The position numbers and the translations under genes are program-made. DNA of 64,000 bases from a virus (lineage: Duplodnaviria > Caudoviricetes): the IMG/VR virus record IMGVR_UViG_3300014204_000006, positions 1 to 64,000 of that record; one strand, given 5' to 3'. The notes below the pieces were generated by a model that made no database searches, was not told where the DNA came from, and worked only from the letters and a program-made list of their open reading frames with translations. This document shows, one piece after another, positions 38,229 through 47,881 of this stretch; position 1 is the stretch's first letter; every line of letters starts with the position of its first letter.

Positions 38229-39218
38229 CTATTTCGATGGTGATTTGCTTTTAGGAACGAAAAGATGATCGTTCTCCTTAAGCTTTTTTAAATCTTCATC
38301 AGTCCATCCTTTGACCGGCCAGAATTTTTCTACTAACCAGCTTACGGGATATATCTGATGCTCCCATCTGTTATTAAAAAATAAATCTTTTACTTTCTCT
38401 TTACATTTTGCTACTGCTCTTCCTGATTGATGATATGGGAATCCGAAGTCTCCTCCTTGAGTCCTGAACATATGAGCATACCATGTTTTTTTATTGACTA
38501 ATACTCGTCCCCCGGATAACCATGTTTTGCAGGCTACGGTTATTCCTTGCGATCCCCAGCTACCTAGATTTTCATCATCTATATCCAATTCAAAATACTT
38601 ATCCTTAGTCATCATAAAACATGATCCTTGAAGTGACATTGTTTCTGTTACTTCTCCTTTTCCTTCTGGTCGTCTATTAAACTCTCCAAAATATTGAAAA
38701 TGAGGTTCTGCATCAAAGCAGTATGAATTACTTTGTGGCCTTTCTTTCCCTACCCACATCATCTTTCTTCTAATTTTATCTGTTTTTCCGCATTGTTCAC
38801 ATTTCAATGGAGTAGGACCTTGATATTTCTTCCATCCACAATGATAGCATTTCCAGTCATAACTCCATAGGTTTCTCATAGTTGGAACCATAGTCACATT
38901 ATCCCCTTGTATTTCAAACTCTTCTAACATCTTCCTATCGAACCCTTGGTCAAAAGAACAATGAGCATCGACCTTCATTATATATTTAGCTTTAGAGAGA
39001 TTTACACACATTTTTGTCATAGCCCTCTGGCCAATAGATTCTGGGACATAAATTATATTAACATCTTGATGCTGAATGATGGCCGGGTCGCTCCATTGTC
39101 CATCGAGCCCAACTATTATTTCAGTGTCAGATTCTTTCTTTTCTATAATATCTTGGATAGTGCGGGCTAAGAACATTTCATTTCTTGCCGGTATGCAAAT
39201 CGATAATTTATATTTCAT
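38229..39218 (-). CDS. GT-A glycosyltransferase, polypeptide GalNAc-transferase-like, with Zn-ribbon insert
   Basis: LSICIPARNE, KVDAHC (DxH), QGSCFMM..YFEL..DENLGSWGSQG..CKTWLSGG..YAHMFR; CYHC/CEQC. Confidence 0.82.
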   Translation of the reverse strand: MKYKLSICIPARNEMFLARTIQDIIEKKESDTEIIVGLDGQWSDPAIIQHQDVNIIYVPESIGQRAMTKMCVNLSKAKYIMKVDAHCSFDQGFDRKMLEEFEIQGDNVTMVPTMRNLWSYDWKCYHCGWKKYQGPTPLKCEQCGKTDKIRRKMMWVGKERPQSNSYCFDAEPHFQYFGEFNRRPEGKGEVTETMSLQGSCFMMTKDKYFELDIDDENLGSWGSQGITVACKTWLSGGRVLVNKKTWYAHMFRTQGGDFGFPYHQSGRAVAKCKEKVKDLFFNNRWEHQIYPVSWLVEKFWPVKGWTDEDLKKLKENDHLFVPKSKSPSK

Positions 39219-39448
39219 AATGTTTTTTCCGCTTGCTTTCTAGAAAAAGCTGCATCTTTAATATTTAAAAATCTACCTAAACTTAATTTTTTACCCATTA
39301 CCATCATTTTTTTTTTTGATATTTTAGTGGTAACAGACCTTACGGCATATCCCATATCGTTGATATTCCATTTCCACTGACTTAAATGTAGATAGTCATC
39401 GTCATCTACTAAGGCAAATTTCCCTTTTGTTAAAGGTATTTTTTTCAT
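39215..39448 (-). pseudogene. Internally deleted HNH-AP2 homing endonuclease remnant
   Basis: IPLTKGKFALVDDDDY..LSQWKW..YAVR N-terminus joined to LGRF...DAA..RKQAE AP2 end; HNH core absent. Confidence 0.7.
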
Positions 39449-39460
39449 ATTATTTTATAA

Positions 39461-40150
39461 TTATTTAATATTAAACATGGTTTTTAAATCCCATTCAGTT
39501 ATTATACCTAAGTGCCCTTCTTTCCAACTCTCTTCGCTCGGTTTATGCTTAAATTTATTTATATCACACTTTCTAGGACTTAATGTCCCTTTATGCCGGA
39601 TATCCACGTTAGGACGTTCTGACGACCAGTCTACACAAAAATCGTCCGTTATGCCCCCTCTGCGCCTCCTTTTAGTCCCGGGTTCAAATCCAAATTTTAA
39701 CTGCCACCCGTCTTTTTCTATCCTCTGTATCCTTTTTTTATAGTGCGCTATGGCGAACTCCCTCCCACAGCACATCCCGGATAATGATCTAAGGACGTCA
39801 TAAGTTATCAACCTGTCATGAGGATAATCCCATTTCCATACATTAGTATTATAGTAAAAAGTATTCAAATTTTTAGGGGTAAAATCAAAGTGAGAAGATG
39901 AATACACCACATCATGTTCCAGAAAAAAAACAAAATCAGCACTAGAATTTTCAAGTGCTGTCAATATTTGCTTTAAATAAGTCAATATTCCTGGCTCTAT
40001 ATCCAAAACAATGTTTTTACCAAAAGATATTGGTTTTAATGAGGCAGATATTATTTCTCCTTCAAACCCTTTTTTGATCTGATCCTGACATATTTTCATC
40101 ATGTCAGGATCTAATCTATTGTCCGTATAGTATATTGCGCCAATATTCAT
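39461..40150 (-). CDS. GT-A-like glycosyltransferase (paralogue 1)
   Basis: YYTDN, FFLEHDVVY, HFDFTP..FYYN. Confidence 0.65.
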   Translation of the reverse strand: MNIGAIYYTDNRLDPDMMKICQDQIKKGFEGEIISASLKPISFGKNIVLDIEPGILTYLKQILTALENSSADFVFFLEHDVVYSSSHFDFTPKNLNTFYYNTNVWKWDYPHDRLITYDVLRSLSGMCCGREFAIAHYKKRIQRIEKDGWQLKFGFEPGTKRRRRGGITDDFCVDWSSERPNVDIRHKGTLSPRKCDINKFKHKPSEESWKEGHLGIITEWDLKTMFNIK

Positions 40151-40154
40151 AGCA

Positions 40155-40766
40155 TTATTCCTTTATAAACATCCATGATCTATATTTATCTCTTTTCTCT
40201 CCCTCTTCAGATATTTTTGTACCTAATACAAAAAAGTTCTTTATCCTATATGCTCTCACAAAAGCATCTACGATAAAACGAACATGGCATGTTCCTACAT
40301 TAGAGGTGGAAGTACTAAGAAAGTAATCATGCCCAGCCACAATTCCGCCTTTTTTAACCTTTTTTGTCCATTCCACGAGATCTTCAGCCACATATTTAAA
40401 CCAATGATTACCATCAATATATACAAAATCGAGGCTTTCATCCTCAACCTCAGACAAGGCATCCATAGATGTTTTTCTAATTATAGTGCAATTTGGATAT
40501 GGTTTAAGCCTTTTTTCAGCATCCTTACAAATGAGATCCATTCCTTCTTGGCTCCTGAGATAATCCTTATAATACAACCACGGGTCTATAGCAAAAATTT
40601 TTAATCCTGATTTACAAAATTCTTCTGTGTATTCTCCATGGTCCACACCTATTTCAGCCCCAATTAATCTTCCTGTTTCTTTGAGGAACAAAGGCAAATC
40701 ATTCCTATTACAATCAGGTATTTCTGCGGGGCACCCCTGCAACTTTATTCCATCTTCTAATTTCAT
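40155..40766 (-). CDS. Class I SAM methyltransferase (Methyltransf_24-like)
   Basis: AEIGV, IDPW, DFVYIDGNH, KKGGIVAGHDY. Confidence 0.85.
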   Translation of the reverse strand: MKLEDGIKLQGCPAEIPDCNRNDLPLFLKETGRLIGAEIGVDHGEYTEEFCKSGLKIFAIDPWLYYKDYLRSQEGMDLICKDAEKRLKPYPNCTIIRKTSMDALSEVEDESLDFVYIDGNHWFKYVAEDLVEWTKKVKKGGIVAGHDYFLSTSTSNVGTCHVRFIVDAFVRAYRIKNFFVLGTKISEEGEKRDKYRSWMFIKE

Positions 40767-40786
40767 TTTTTTATATTATTTAATAA

Positions 40787-41557
40787 TTATTTTTCCCATT
40801 TATAGTCAGTCATTAATCTGCATCTCCTTGATCCTATAGCCTTATTTCTTATGTCTTTTAATGATAACACACTCCCATTTAAGAACCTTTTCTCAAGATC
40901 CTTGATAGAAACTCCGAAATTTGAACATTTAAAATCATCCTGGACCTGATTAGCCATATTATTTATAAAAATTGGCTCATCTAAGCAAATCATTAGTGGC
41001 CTATTAGGGCAATTATCATTCAACACTCCTTCTAAAAAATTAGGTGTTTTGAACTCATTGTCCTCTATTATAGGTAAAATGTCTTCAGTTCTGAAAATAT
41101 GGGAAGTTACTGACATAGGGAAACCCCAATTTCTGATATGGTAGTTTCTATTAAATCTATATTGTTCCCATTCCCATTTATTGCCATCTAAGGTCGGTAT
41201 ATTCCCAAAACGATGATTAGGACCTATTCTGAGGCTCAAGCAAAGTATATTCTTGTTTTCATTAAACTCCTTAAATTCCTTACAATTTTCATCAAAATTT
41301 CCTAAAGAGACATCATCATCAACTAAAAAAAGAGTATATTTGATACTCTCATCAATACATTCGATAAGCTGTTCTTTAAACACTTTTTCACGGACAAAAT
41401 TTACTTTTGGATACATTTGGACAATTTTATTATATCCATTTTCAAATCCATGATCTGCCTTATAAATAACCGTAGAACTAATATTCAGTCCTCTGAGCAG
41501 CAATTCTAGTTGACAAGCCCTGTTTTTGCTGAAGATAATTGTTTGTATTTCTGACAT
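40787..41557 (-). CDS. GT-A-like glycosyltransferase
   Basis: IIFSKNRACQL, FLVDDD, LSLRIG, WGFPMS..HIF. Confidence 0.65.
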   Translation of the reverse strand: MSEIQTIIFSKNRACQLELLLRGLNISSTVIYKADHGFENGYNKIVQMYPKVNFVREKVFKEQLIECIDESIKYTLFLVDDDVSLGNFDENCKEFKEFNENKNILCLSLRIGPNHRFGNIPTLDGNKWEWEQYRFNRNYHIRNWGFPMSVTSHIFRTEDILPIIEDNEFKTPNFLEGVLNDNCPNRPLMICLDEPIFINNMANQVQDDFKCSNFGVSIKDLEKRFLNGSVLSLKDIRNKAIGSRRCRLMTDYKWEK

Positions 41558-42141
41558 TATTTTTTTGTTACTGAAATTTGGAAATTAGGGTACATGTCAT
41601 GGACAATATAATCTGTCCGCTTCCAGCAGAATTCAAAGCCATTATTCTCCAATAATTGTTTTAGATACTTAGGAGTATATCCCCACCAATGAGTCCGGCC
41701 CTCTCTAGCGTGATCGCAATAAATAAGCCTTAACGCCCATTCTATCTCTTCATTGGTTTCTGCACTGGTCAATATTTCAGCTTGCTTTTGCCTATCATCT
41801 ACGTCTATTATTAGTTCTCCTCCGGTCTTTAATACCCTATGCCAGTCCTTTAAGGCATCTATGAATTCCTCTTTTTTCATGTGATCGATAAGATTAACGC
41901 ATAATATCCTATCTATAGAATTGTCATCGAATTCAAGCTTCCTGACATCCATAATGATATCAGTGACATTGTTGTCTTTATTCTGCCTAAAAGGGAATTT
42001 ATAATAATTTTCAACAGTAGTTTTATTCCTTTCCACCATAGCTGGGTTATCTTTGGCTAATGAACCAGACAGATCAATGTTTATCCAATTTTCCAGATAA
42101 ACAGTTCCATTTCCCAAGTGTAATCTTTTCATTTTTGACAT
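41557..42141 (-). CDS. Class I SAM methyltransferase
   Basis: LHLGNG..WINID, DVRKLEF, WHRVLKTGG. Confidence 0.82.
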   Translation of the reverse strand: MSKMKRLHLGNGTVYLENWINIDLSGSLAKDNPAMVERNKTTVENYYKFPFRQNKDNNVTDIIMDVRKLEFDDNSIDRILCVNLIDHMKKEEFIDALKDWHRVLKTGGELIIDVDDRQKQAEILTSAETNEEIEWALRLIYCDHAREGRTHWWGYTPKYLKQLLENNGFEFCWKRTDYIVHDMYPNFQISVTKK

Positions 42142-42143
42142 GA

Positions 42144-42776
42144 TTATTTTAAATAAAGTTTTTTAACTTCTTCAGCTGTGCCCCAATAAGGGAGCTCTCT
42201 AGTTACGATCTTCTGATTATATCCAGTTTTAAACCCTATTCCCTCTCTGGTCTTGAAATAAAGAACTGGATTTTTGCCTTCCCAACCATATTCATTCTTC
42301 TCATCAAATATAAACTTGAATGTTTCTGGCTCCCAACTGTTTGGATTTTCCAATATCTTTTCGATGCATTTTATCCAATGCTCCCTCCCACACATCTGAG
42401 CTCCTTCTACCCAATTCTTTTTCCAGAATTTATCCCTGCCATCAAAATGGACATATAAATTGGTATATCTATAAACCTTATCTTTAACTGGGGGTGTAAA
42501 TGTAAAGTACTCTGGAGGGTAAAGAACGTCTGATTCAGCCGCTATGCAAAACTCTGTTTTTGCTTCCTTAAGCCCGATTAGGATCTGCTTGAAAGAATTT
42601 GAATAGCATACCGGTTTTTCTCCAATACAGATATTTTTACCCATATTGATCGGTTTTCTAGTCACACTGATTATAGGGATATCCCTAGCCTGATTCTTAA
42701 TATTATCTATTATCTTCTGCTCAAACTCAGAATTTTCAACATTTGCTGAGTAGTAAATTATGGTCTTATTATTTTC
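42144..42776 (-). CDS. GT-A-like glycosyltransferase (paralogue 2)
   Basis: YYSAN, PIISV, AAESDVLY; ORF track 42144..42818, internal MENNK start approximate. Confidence 0.62.
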   Translation of the reverse strand, partial: ENNKTIIYYSANVENSEFEQKIIDNIKNQARDIPIISVTRKPINMGKNICIGEKPVCYSNSFKQILIGLKEAKTEFCIAAESDVLYPPEYFTFTPPVKDKVYRYTNLYVHFDGRDKFWKKNWVEGAQMCGREHWIKCIEKILENPNSWEPETFKFIFDEKNEYGWEGKNPVLYFKTREGIGFKTGYNQKIVTRELPYWGTAEEVKKLYLK

Positions 42777-43554
42777 CATCACAATTAAAATTACATTTTT
42801 TACAAATAGGGATATCAAAATCTAAATTTTTATGTTTCTCCCTCATCCATTCATAACTATCCCAAATCTCCTTTAAAGTGTTTTTATTGACATCCCCCAA
42901 GATCATCTCTCCATCCCAGTCCATGCAACATGGGACAACTCTCCCATCCCATAAAATGGTCATATGTTGCAATAATGAGTAACAAGGTTTTTTCCCTCCT
43001 ATTTTAGCAATAGAGGATTTTTCTCCTCCTGCCCAATTCAGAAAAGGTCTCATCTTTCTTTTAGTTCCCCACATTTTTTTGAATAACTCTGTTTCATGTT
43101 GATTATCTTCTGTTACTACCATAGATACTTTTACATTGAAAGGTGCTTTTTCTACCAGTTCTTTTATGTTTTTTAAACAAGTGTCATAATCCGGCCTTCT
43201 CATTACTTTATCATAAGTCTCTTTTGTGGCTCCATTGAAACTACAGTTGACATATCTTATATTTTTATATTTTATCAACCTATCCACATCTAAAAATTCT
43301 CCATTAGTATATAATACTGTCTGGACACCCTCTTTTTCCATATAATCAAGCCATTTCCACATCCTAGAAAATACAAATGGCTCTCCATTTAAGAATGGAG
43401 AAAAGAAAGCTGCCTTCATTTCCTTTCCTTCCTTAATTATTTTGTGGAACAATTCATCGCTCATTTCTCCCATAGGACGTGTCATTTTTTCTCTAGGACA
43501 GAATGTGCACCTAGAATTGCAGGAGGTACTGGACTCAAACTGAATTTTTGGCAT
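42769..43554 (-). CDS. Radical SAM / SPASM domain protein
   Basis: CNSRCTFC, NGEP, YTNG, C...WDGRVVPCC..D..LG..IW..CKKC. Confidence 0.9.
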   Translation of the reverse strand: MPKIQFESSTSCNSRCTFCPREKMTRPMGEMSDELFHKIIKEGKEMKAAFFSPFLNGEPFVFSRMWKWLDYMEKEGVQTVLYTNGEFLDVDRLIKYKNIRYVNCSFNGATKETYDKVMRRPDYDTCLKNIKELVEKAPFNVKVSMVVTEDNQHETELFKKMWGTKRKMRPFLNWAGGEKSSIAKIGGKKPCYSLLQHMTILWDGRVVPCCMDWDGEMILGDVNKNTLKEIWDSYEWMREKHKNLDFDIPICKKCNFNCDGK

Positions 43555-43559
43555 ATTTT

Positions 43560-44087
43560 TTATATTTTATGGAATTTAGCATACATTAATGTTCTAGTAG
43601 ATTCTATTTTTCCCTCTAATTTAAACCCTTGTTTTTCCACCATATCTACCAATTCTTGCTCTGTCCAATCCTCGAATTGCAGTTCATCCTTCCATTTCTG
43701 CTTTGTAGGGACCGCTAGGTATAAAAACATAGATATTACCCTTCTAGCCTCTTTTACAGCCTCCTGAGGGAATTCCAGGTGTTCTAGAGTGTCTCCCATG
43801 AAGGCTGACTCAAAATGTTCATTGTCAAATGGAAGGTCGTATGCATCAGCCAATATAACGTTCACACCCTTTTCTCTAGCTATTTTTACCCCATCTAGCT
43901 CATTGTCTATCCCTATTGCCCCTATTTTTGATGTTATGAGCCCATCTCCGGCTCCTATATCTAATACATTCTTTTCCTTTATCCAAGCCACGATTCTATC
44001 TACATGCGTTTTATATCTGGATTTTTCATCATACCATCTCCAATGATAATCACCGTTCCTCCTGTATTTGTTAAAGTCTTTTCCCAT
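43560..44087 (-). CDS. Class I SAM methyltransferase
   Basis: VLDIGAGDG, DAYDLPF, LEHL. Confidence 0.85.
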   Translation of the reverse strand: MGKDFNKYRRNGDYHWRWYDEKSRYKTHVDRIVAWIKEKNVLDIGAGDGLITSKIGAIGIDNELDGVKIAREKGVNVILADAYDLPFDNEHFESAFMGDTLEHLEFPQEAVKEARRVISMFLYLAVPTKQKWKDELQFEDWTEQELVDMVEKQGFKLEGKIESTRTLMYAKFHKI

Positions 44088-44092
44088 AATTT

Positions 44093-44794
44093 TTATCTAA
44101 ATTTTTTAACGAGTTCCTCTGATCTCCCCCAAAATGGTATCTCATATGCTCTCACAAATGACATTCTCTTCTTATGAGTCTGCTGTATAATCTCAGTCCC
44201 ATAATCATGGCTAAACTGGACAATGGGAATAGTAGTCCAAAACTCTACCATCTTTCTCTCTTTTAATTTTAATATCTTATCCGTCCTAGTCTTCCCCAAT
44301 TCTCCGGTATATTCCCCGGTTCCTTTAGGATATTTAGCGAATCTTTCTTCCAATGCCTCTATCATCAATTCTCTAGGGGCTATCAGGGAAAAATTACCCA
44401 CCCTGTGTCGCCATGAATATGTAGGTTCTCCGAAGGTATACAGCGACCACCTGGTCATATTATAAGCAAAGGTATCCATAGGCGGCCTAAAGTCTATGAA
44501 ATGATCCTGGCAATAAAGAACATCATCCTCAGCAATGGCAACAAATGGAGTTTTGGCTAATTTTGCTCCTTTCAGCATTTGCCAATAAATGTTTGAAGAA
44601 CTTTCCGGTTCCGTCTGAATAATATTGTAATGACCAAAGTCCATTGGTTCTTTAGATATAGTTATAATAGGGTAATCCCCCACAGCATTATATAATATCT
44701 TTTTATGATACTCGGCCCACTGTTCAGGAACTTTGTTGACGGTCAAAAATAATACCGTCAAATCTCCTTTTTTACCTCTATTTTCTCTGCCCAT
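44093..44794 (-). CDS. GT-A-like glycosyltransferase (paralogue 3)
   Basis: FLTVN, PIITIS, AIAEDDVLY, HF.DFRP..FAYN. Confidence 0.65.
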   Translation of the reverse strand: MGRENRGKKGDLTVLFLTVNKVPEQWAEYHKKILYNAVGDYPIITISKEPMDFGHYNIIQTEPESSSNIYWQMLKGAKLAKTPFVAIAEDDVLYCQDHFIDFRPPMDTFAYNMTRWSLYTFGEPTYSWRHRVGNFSLIAPRELMIEALEERFAKYPKGTGEYTGELGKTRTDKILKLKERKMVEFWTTIPIVQFSHDYGTEIIQQTHKKRMSFVRAYEIPFWGRSEELVKKFR

Positions 44795-44795
44795 A

Positions 44796-45377
44796 TTATT
44801 TTTTGATTATTGCCCATCCATATCTTGGCAATTCTATAAAATTAATGTTATTTTTCTTGGAAAAGTGATTGACTGCCTTAATAACTCCAAACTCTACTCC
44901 CAACCTATTGGTCCATTTGACATAGTCATCCCCGGCCAGGATACCGCCTGATTTTACTTTAGGATACCAGTCTTTTATGTCCTTTAAACACCCTTCGAAA
45001 GAATGATCACCGTCTATATAGACAAAATCAAAAAAATTATCATCAAACATTTTAACAGCATCAAAAGAATATTCTCTATAAATCTCCACAAACCTAAATT
45101 TCATCATCTCTTCCACAAAATTATTATATTGATCATCCAATTGTTTCTGAGAATAGCCTATATCATTTCGGCAAATACTTTTATCAGCATGCCAAGAATC
45201 TACCGCTACCGCTAAAAAGGGGGAATGTTCTATCATTTTTTTGAAGTTTTCACCTTTTCTAATGCCTATTTCACACACTGATTCACACCTATACTTTTCC
45301 ATAAAAGGTCTCCATATCCTTCTCTTATTTACTATTTTGAGTTCTTTTAAGTCTTGTATAATTTTATTGGATTCCAT
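44796..45377 (-). CDS. Class I SAM methyltransferase (Methyltransf_24-like)
   Basis: CEIGIRKG, VDSW, DFVYIDGDHS, KSGGILAGDDY. Confidence 0.85.
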   Translation of the reverse strand: MESNKIIQDLKELKIVNKRRIWRPFMEKYRCESVCEIGIRKGENFKKMIEHSPFLAVAVDSWHADKSICRNDIGYSQKQLDDQYNNFVEEMMKFRFVEIYREYSFDAVKMFDDNFFDFVYIDGDHSFEGCLKDIKDWYPKVKSGGILAGDDYVKWTNRLGVEFGVIKAVNHFSKKNNINFIELPRYGWAIIKK

Positions 45378-46083
45378 GTAATTTAAATATATTTATTAAT
45401 CTTTTAGACATAATAGGCATCTTAAGATTGCTTTTTCCATACATGAATATATCTAAAATCAGACTCCTATTCGGGTGGAAATGGACTACTTTTATTGGTT
45501 TAATAGCCTTTTCATAATTTGAAACCACATTTCTTTGACCAAAGTTATAAGTGACATTCATTCTAACTATCCTAGTATAGATTTCTTCATCGTTATCCGT
45601 GAGCATCATCATAGCTGTCTCATCTTCAATGTTGTTGAAAATATGAGGTTTAGTATATTCAAATATATCTTTGGCAGTGTCCTTGAAGAAATAACTTCCT
45701 AGACACCATCTTTCTCTCCAACCATAATCCGTCAAGCCCAAGTCCTTGCCCTTTAATATTCCCATTACATCATCAAATACATTCATTTGGAAAGCATCAA
45801 TATCATGATTCCAATACCACTCGTTCTTTTCTATTAAACCGCCATCTATTAAAAATGGGATAATAGATGTCTTTATTGATCTAGGCCTACAGGCGCAAAA
45901 GTGCTCATCTCCCACAACGATAGATTTAACTCCATGATATTCATAATCAAAGTTTGTTACAAGGAGAATATCATATGGTTTCCATCCAAGATCCAGACTG
46001 TTATCTATTTGAACTTTTATCAGTAATCCATACTCTTCGTTGAAGCATTTATCCTTACTGATATACACCATTAGGTTTTTCAT
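45364..46083 (-). CDS. Putative nucleotide-sugar transferase (GT-A, DxD)
   Basis: WNHDIDAF, GSYFF, MNVTYNF, VVHFHP. Confidence 0.55.
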   Translation of the reverse strand: MKNLMVYISKDKCFNEEYGLLIKVQIDNSLDLGWKPYDILLVTNFDYEYHGVKSIVVGDEHFCACRPRSIKTSIIPFLIDGGLIEKNEWYWNHDIDAFQMNVFDDVMGILKGKDLGLTDYGWRERWCLGSYFFKDTAKDIFEYTKPHIFNNIEDETAMMMLTDNDEEIYTRIVRMNVTYNFGQRNVVSNYEKAIKPIKVVHFHPNRSLILDIFMYGKSNLKMPIMSKRLINIFKLHGIQ

Positions 46084-47006
46084 AGGGATATATAATTATT
46101 TTTTAAATATTCCTCAAGACACACTCTCCAATCTCTTATTAAATATGGATTCATATCTTTCAGTTCTTTGTTACTCATTTTTTCAGAATAAGGCCTATTA
46201 GCAAAATATTCTTTTTTAAAATATTTAGAGGAAACCACCTTTAATTTTACCTTCTTGCTCAAATCCAATAATTTCAATATTTCCTTTGCTACATCATATC
46301 TGGAACCACCCCCATCACAAGTGGCATTAACTGTTCCGTAGAAGTTATCATTCAATAAATAATGGATAACCTTAGCCAAATCATAGGTATATGTAGGGGT
46401 ACCCAACTTATCCTTAACTACACATAATTCCTTTGACCCATTAATAATCTGATCTATAATTTTTTTAACAAATTTTTTGTCCTTTTTATGTCCTCCTCCT
46501 ATCATCCACCCGGCTCTTACAATGATATGTTTATGAACATCCATAACGGCTAAATCACCGGCATATTTAGATGAGGCATAAATATTGATAGGATTTGGGT
46601 AATCAAACTCATTATATTTCTCTTTTTTTCCATCAAAAATTCCCGCTGAAGAGATGTAAACAATCGGTATTTTATACTTTTTAGCCATTAGGCACATATT
46701 TTGAGTCCCCATGAAGTTTGTCTCATAAGCCTCTTCTATGTGTTTTTCACAATATTCTAGATCAGTAAGGGCTGCCAAGTGAATTATAACATGAGGTTTT
46801 ATATTTTCGCATGCGTGCTTTACCCATTTTAGGCTCCTCACATCTAAGTATTTAAGCCATTTCTCATTGACATCCATATCCGTAGCATAAACATTATATT
46901 TATCCTTTAATTCATGATAAACAGCTTCTCCCAACATACCTCCGCATCCGGTTATCAATATCCGTGTATTTTTGTTCATATTCATAGTTTTTACCACTTG
47001 GCCCAC
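46080..47006 (-). CDS. rfbD: dTDP-4-dehydrorhamnose reductase-like SDR
   Basis: ILITGCGGMLG, IHLAALT...CE, YISS, YASSK, GTPTYTYDLA, RPYS. Confidence 0.85.
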   Translation of the reverse strand: MGQVVKTMNMNKNTRILITGCGGMLGEAVYHELKDKYNVYATDMDVNEKWLKYLDVRSLKWVKHACENIKPHVIIHLAALTDLEYCEKHIEEAYETNFMGTQNMCLMAKKYKIPIVYISSAGIFDGKKEKYNEFDYPNPINIYASSKYAGDLAVMDVHKHIIVRAGWMIGGGHKKDKKFVKKIIDQIINGSKELCVVKDKLGTPTYTYDLAKVIHYLLNDNFYGTVNATCDGGGSRYDVAKEILKLLDLSKKVKLKVVSSKYFKKEYFANRPYSEKMSNKELKDMNPYLIRDWRVCLEEYLKNNYISL

Positions 47007-47806
47007 TTGGGGAGAAGTTCGTTAGTATAATAATCTTCCCATACTTTAAGGGAATAAGTATATCCTTCGTTGCAATTAGCTCTATTCTCCGGAGATCCTC
47101 CATTATGGGTCCTGGCAAAACTCCTATGTTTATGAGCAAACCAAGTTTTTTTGTTAACCATCAGTTTACCTCCATTTTTCCATGTTTTCATACAAACCTC
47201 TACAGAATCCTGGATTAATGGCCCATAACCCTCTACCTGCAACTCTCCAATGTGTTCGTCCCACCATTTTCTAGGGATTATCCACATGCTCCCTTGCATA
47301 GCCTGACTTTCTAAGATAGGAACATTTTCAAACTTTTTAGCTCTACTATCCCATCTCTGCCCGGAAAATTTTCGCACTCCCGGTTCTACGTTTTGGATCA
47401 CCAATTTTTCGCAATCCACAGGATGGTGCAATTTTGTATCCATCACCTCCCATTTTATTGGGTCCAAGAAAAAACGCCTAGCAGTCATTATCTGGTTAGG
47501 CTCACAATCTTCAGTCAAAATTCGGTCATATCCCTGACCAAACATGCAGTGTTCATCTAACCTCATGAAGAACTCTCCCTTTGAAACAGCGATTCCTGCA
47601 TTTATAGCCCCTCTCATACCCCTATTTTGACCCAGGTGCACTACTTTGACCCTGGGGTCTTGTATTATAGGCTTTTCCGGCCAATACCCATCTAGAACGG
47701 GGATTATTTCTAATTGATCACCTAACTCTGACTTTTCCAACAAATCGTTTATCGTCTTATGCAACATTGGATCTTTGTAACTTGGTATTATTACACTTAA
47801 TTTCAT
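46991..47806 (-). CDS. GT-A glycosyltransferase, polypeptide GalNAc-transferase-like
   Basis: LSVIIPSY, RGMRGAINAG, RLDEHC (DxH), QGSMW, EVCMKTWKNGGKLMV...FAHKHR. Confidence 0.82.
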   Translation of the reverse strand: MKLSVIIPSYKDPMLHKTINDLLEKSELGDQLEIIPVLDGYWPEKPIIQDPRVKVVHLGQNRGMRGAINAGIAVSKGEFFMRLDEHCMFGQGYDRILTEDCEPNQIMTARRFFLDPIKWEVMDTKLHHPVDCEKLVIQNVEPGVRKFSGQRWDSRAKKFENVPILESQAMQGSMWIIPRKWWDEHIGELQVEGYGPLIQDSVEVCMKTWKNGGKLMVNKKTWFAHKHRSFARTHNGGSPENRANCNEGYTYSLKVWEDYYTNELLPKWAKW

Positions 47807-47861
47807 GTTATTTTTAATTTAATTATTTAATATTCTAGCCATCCTCCCAATTAATATTATA

Positions 47862-47877
47862 ATAATAACACAGTTCC
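47862..47877 (-). promoter_or_regulatory. Putative late promoter inside glycosylation cluster
   Basis: GGAACT-GTGT-TATTAT. Confidence 0.5.
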
Positions 47878-47881
47878 TACA

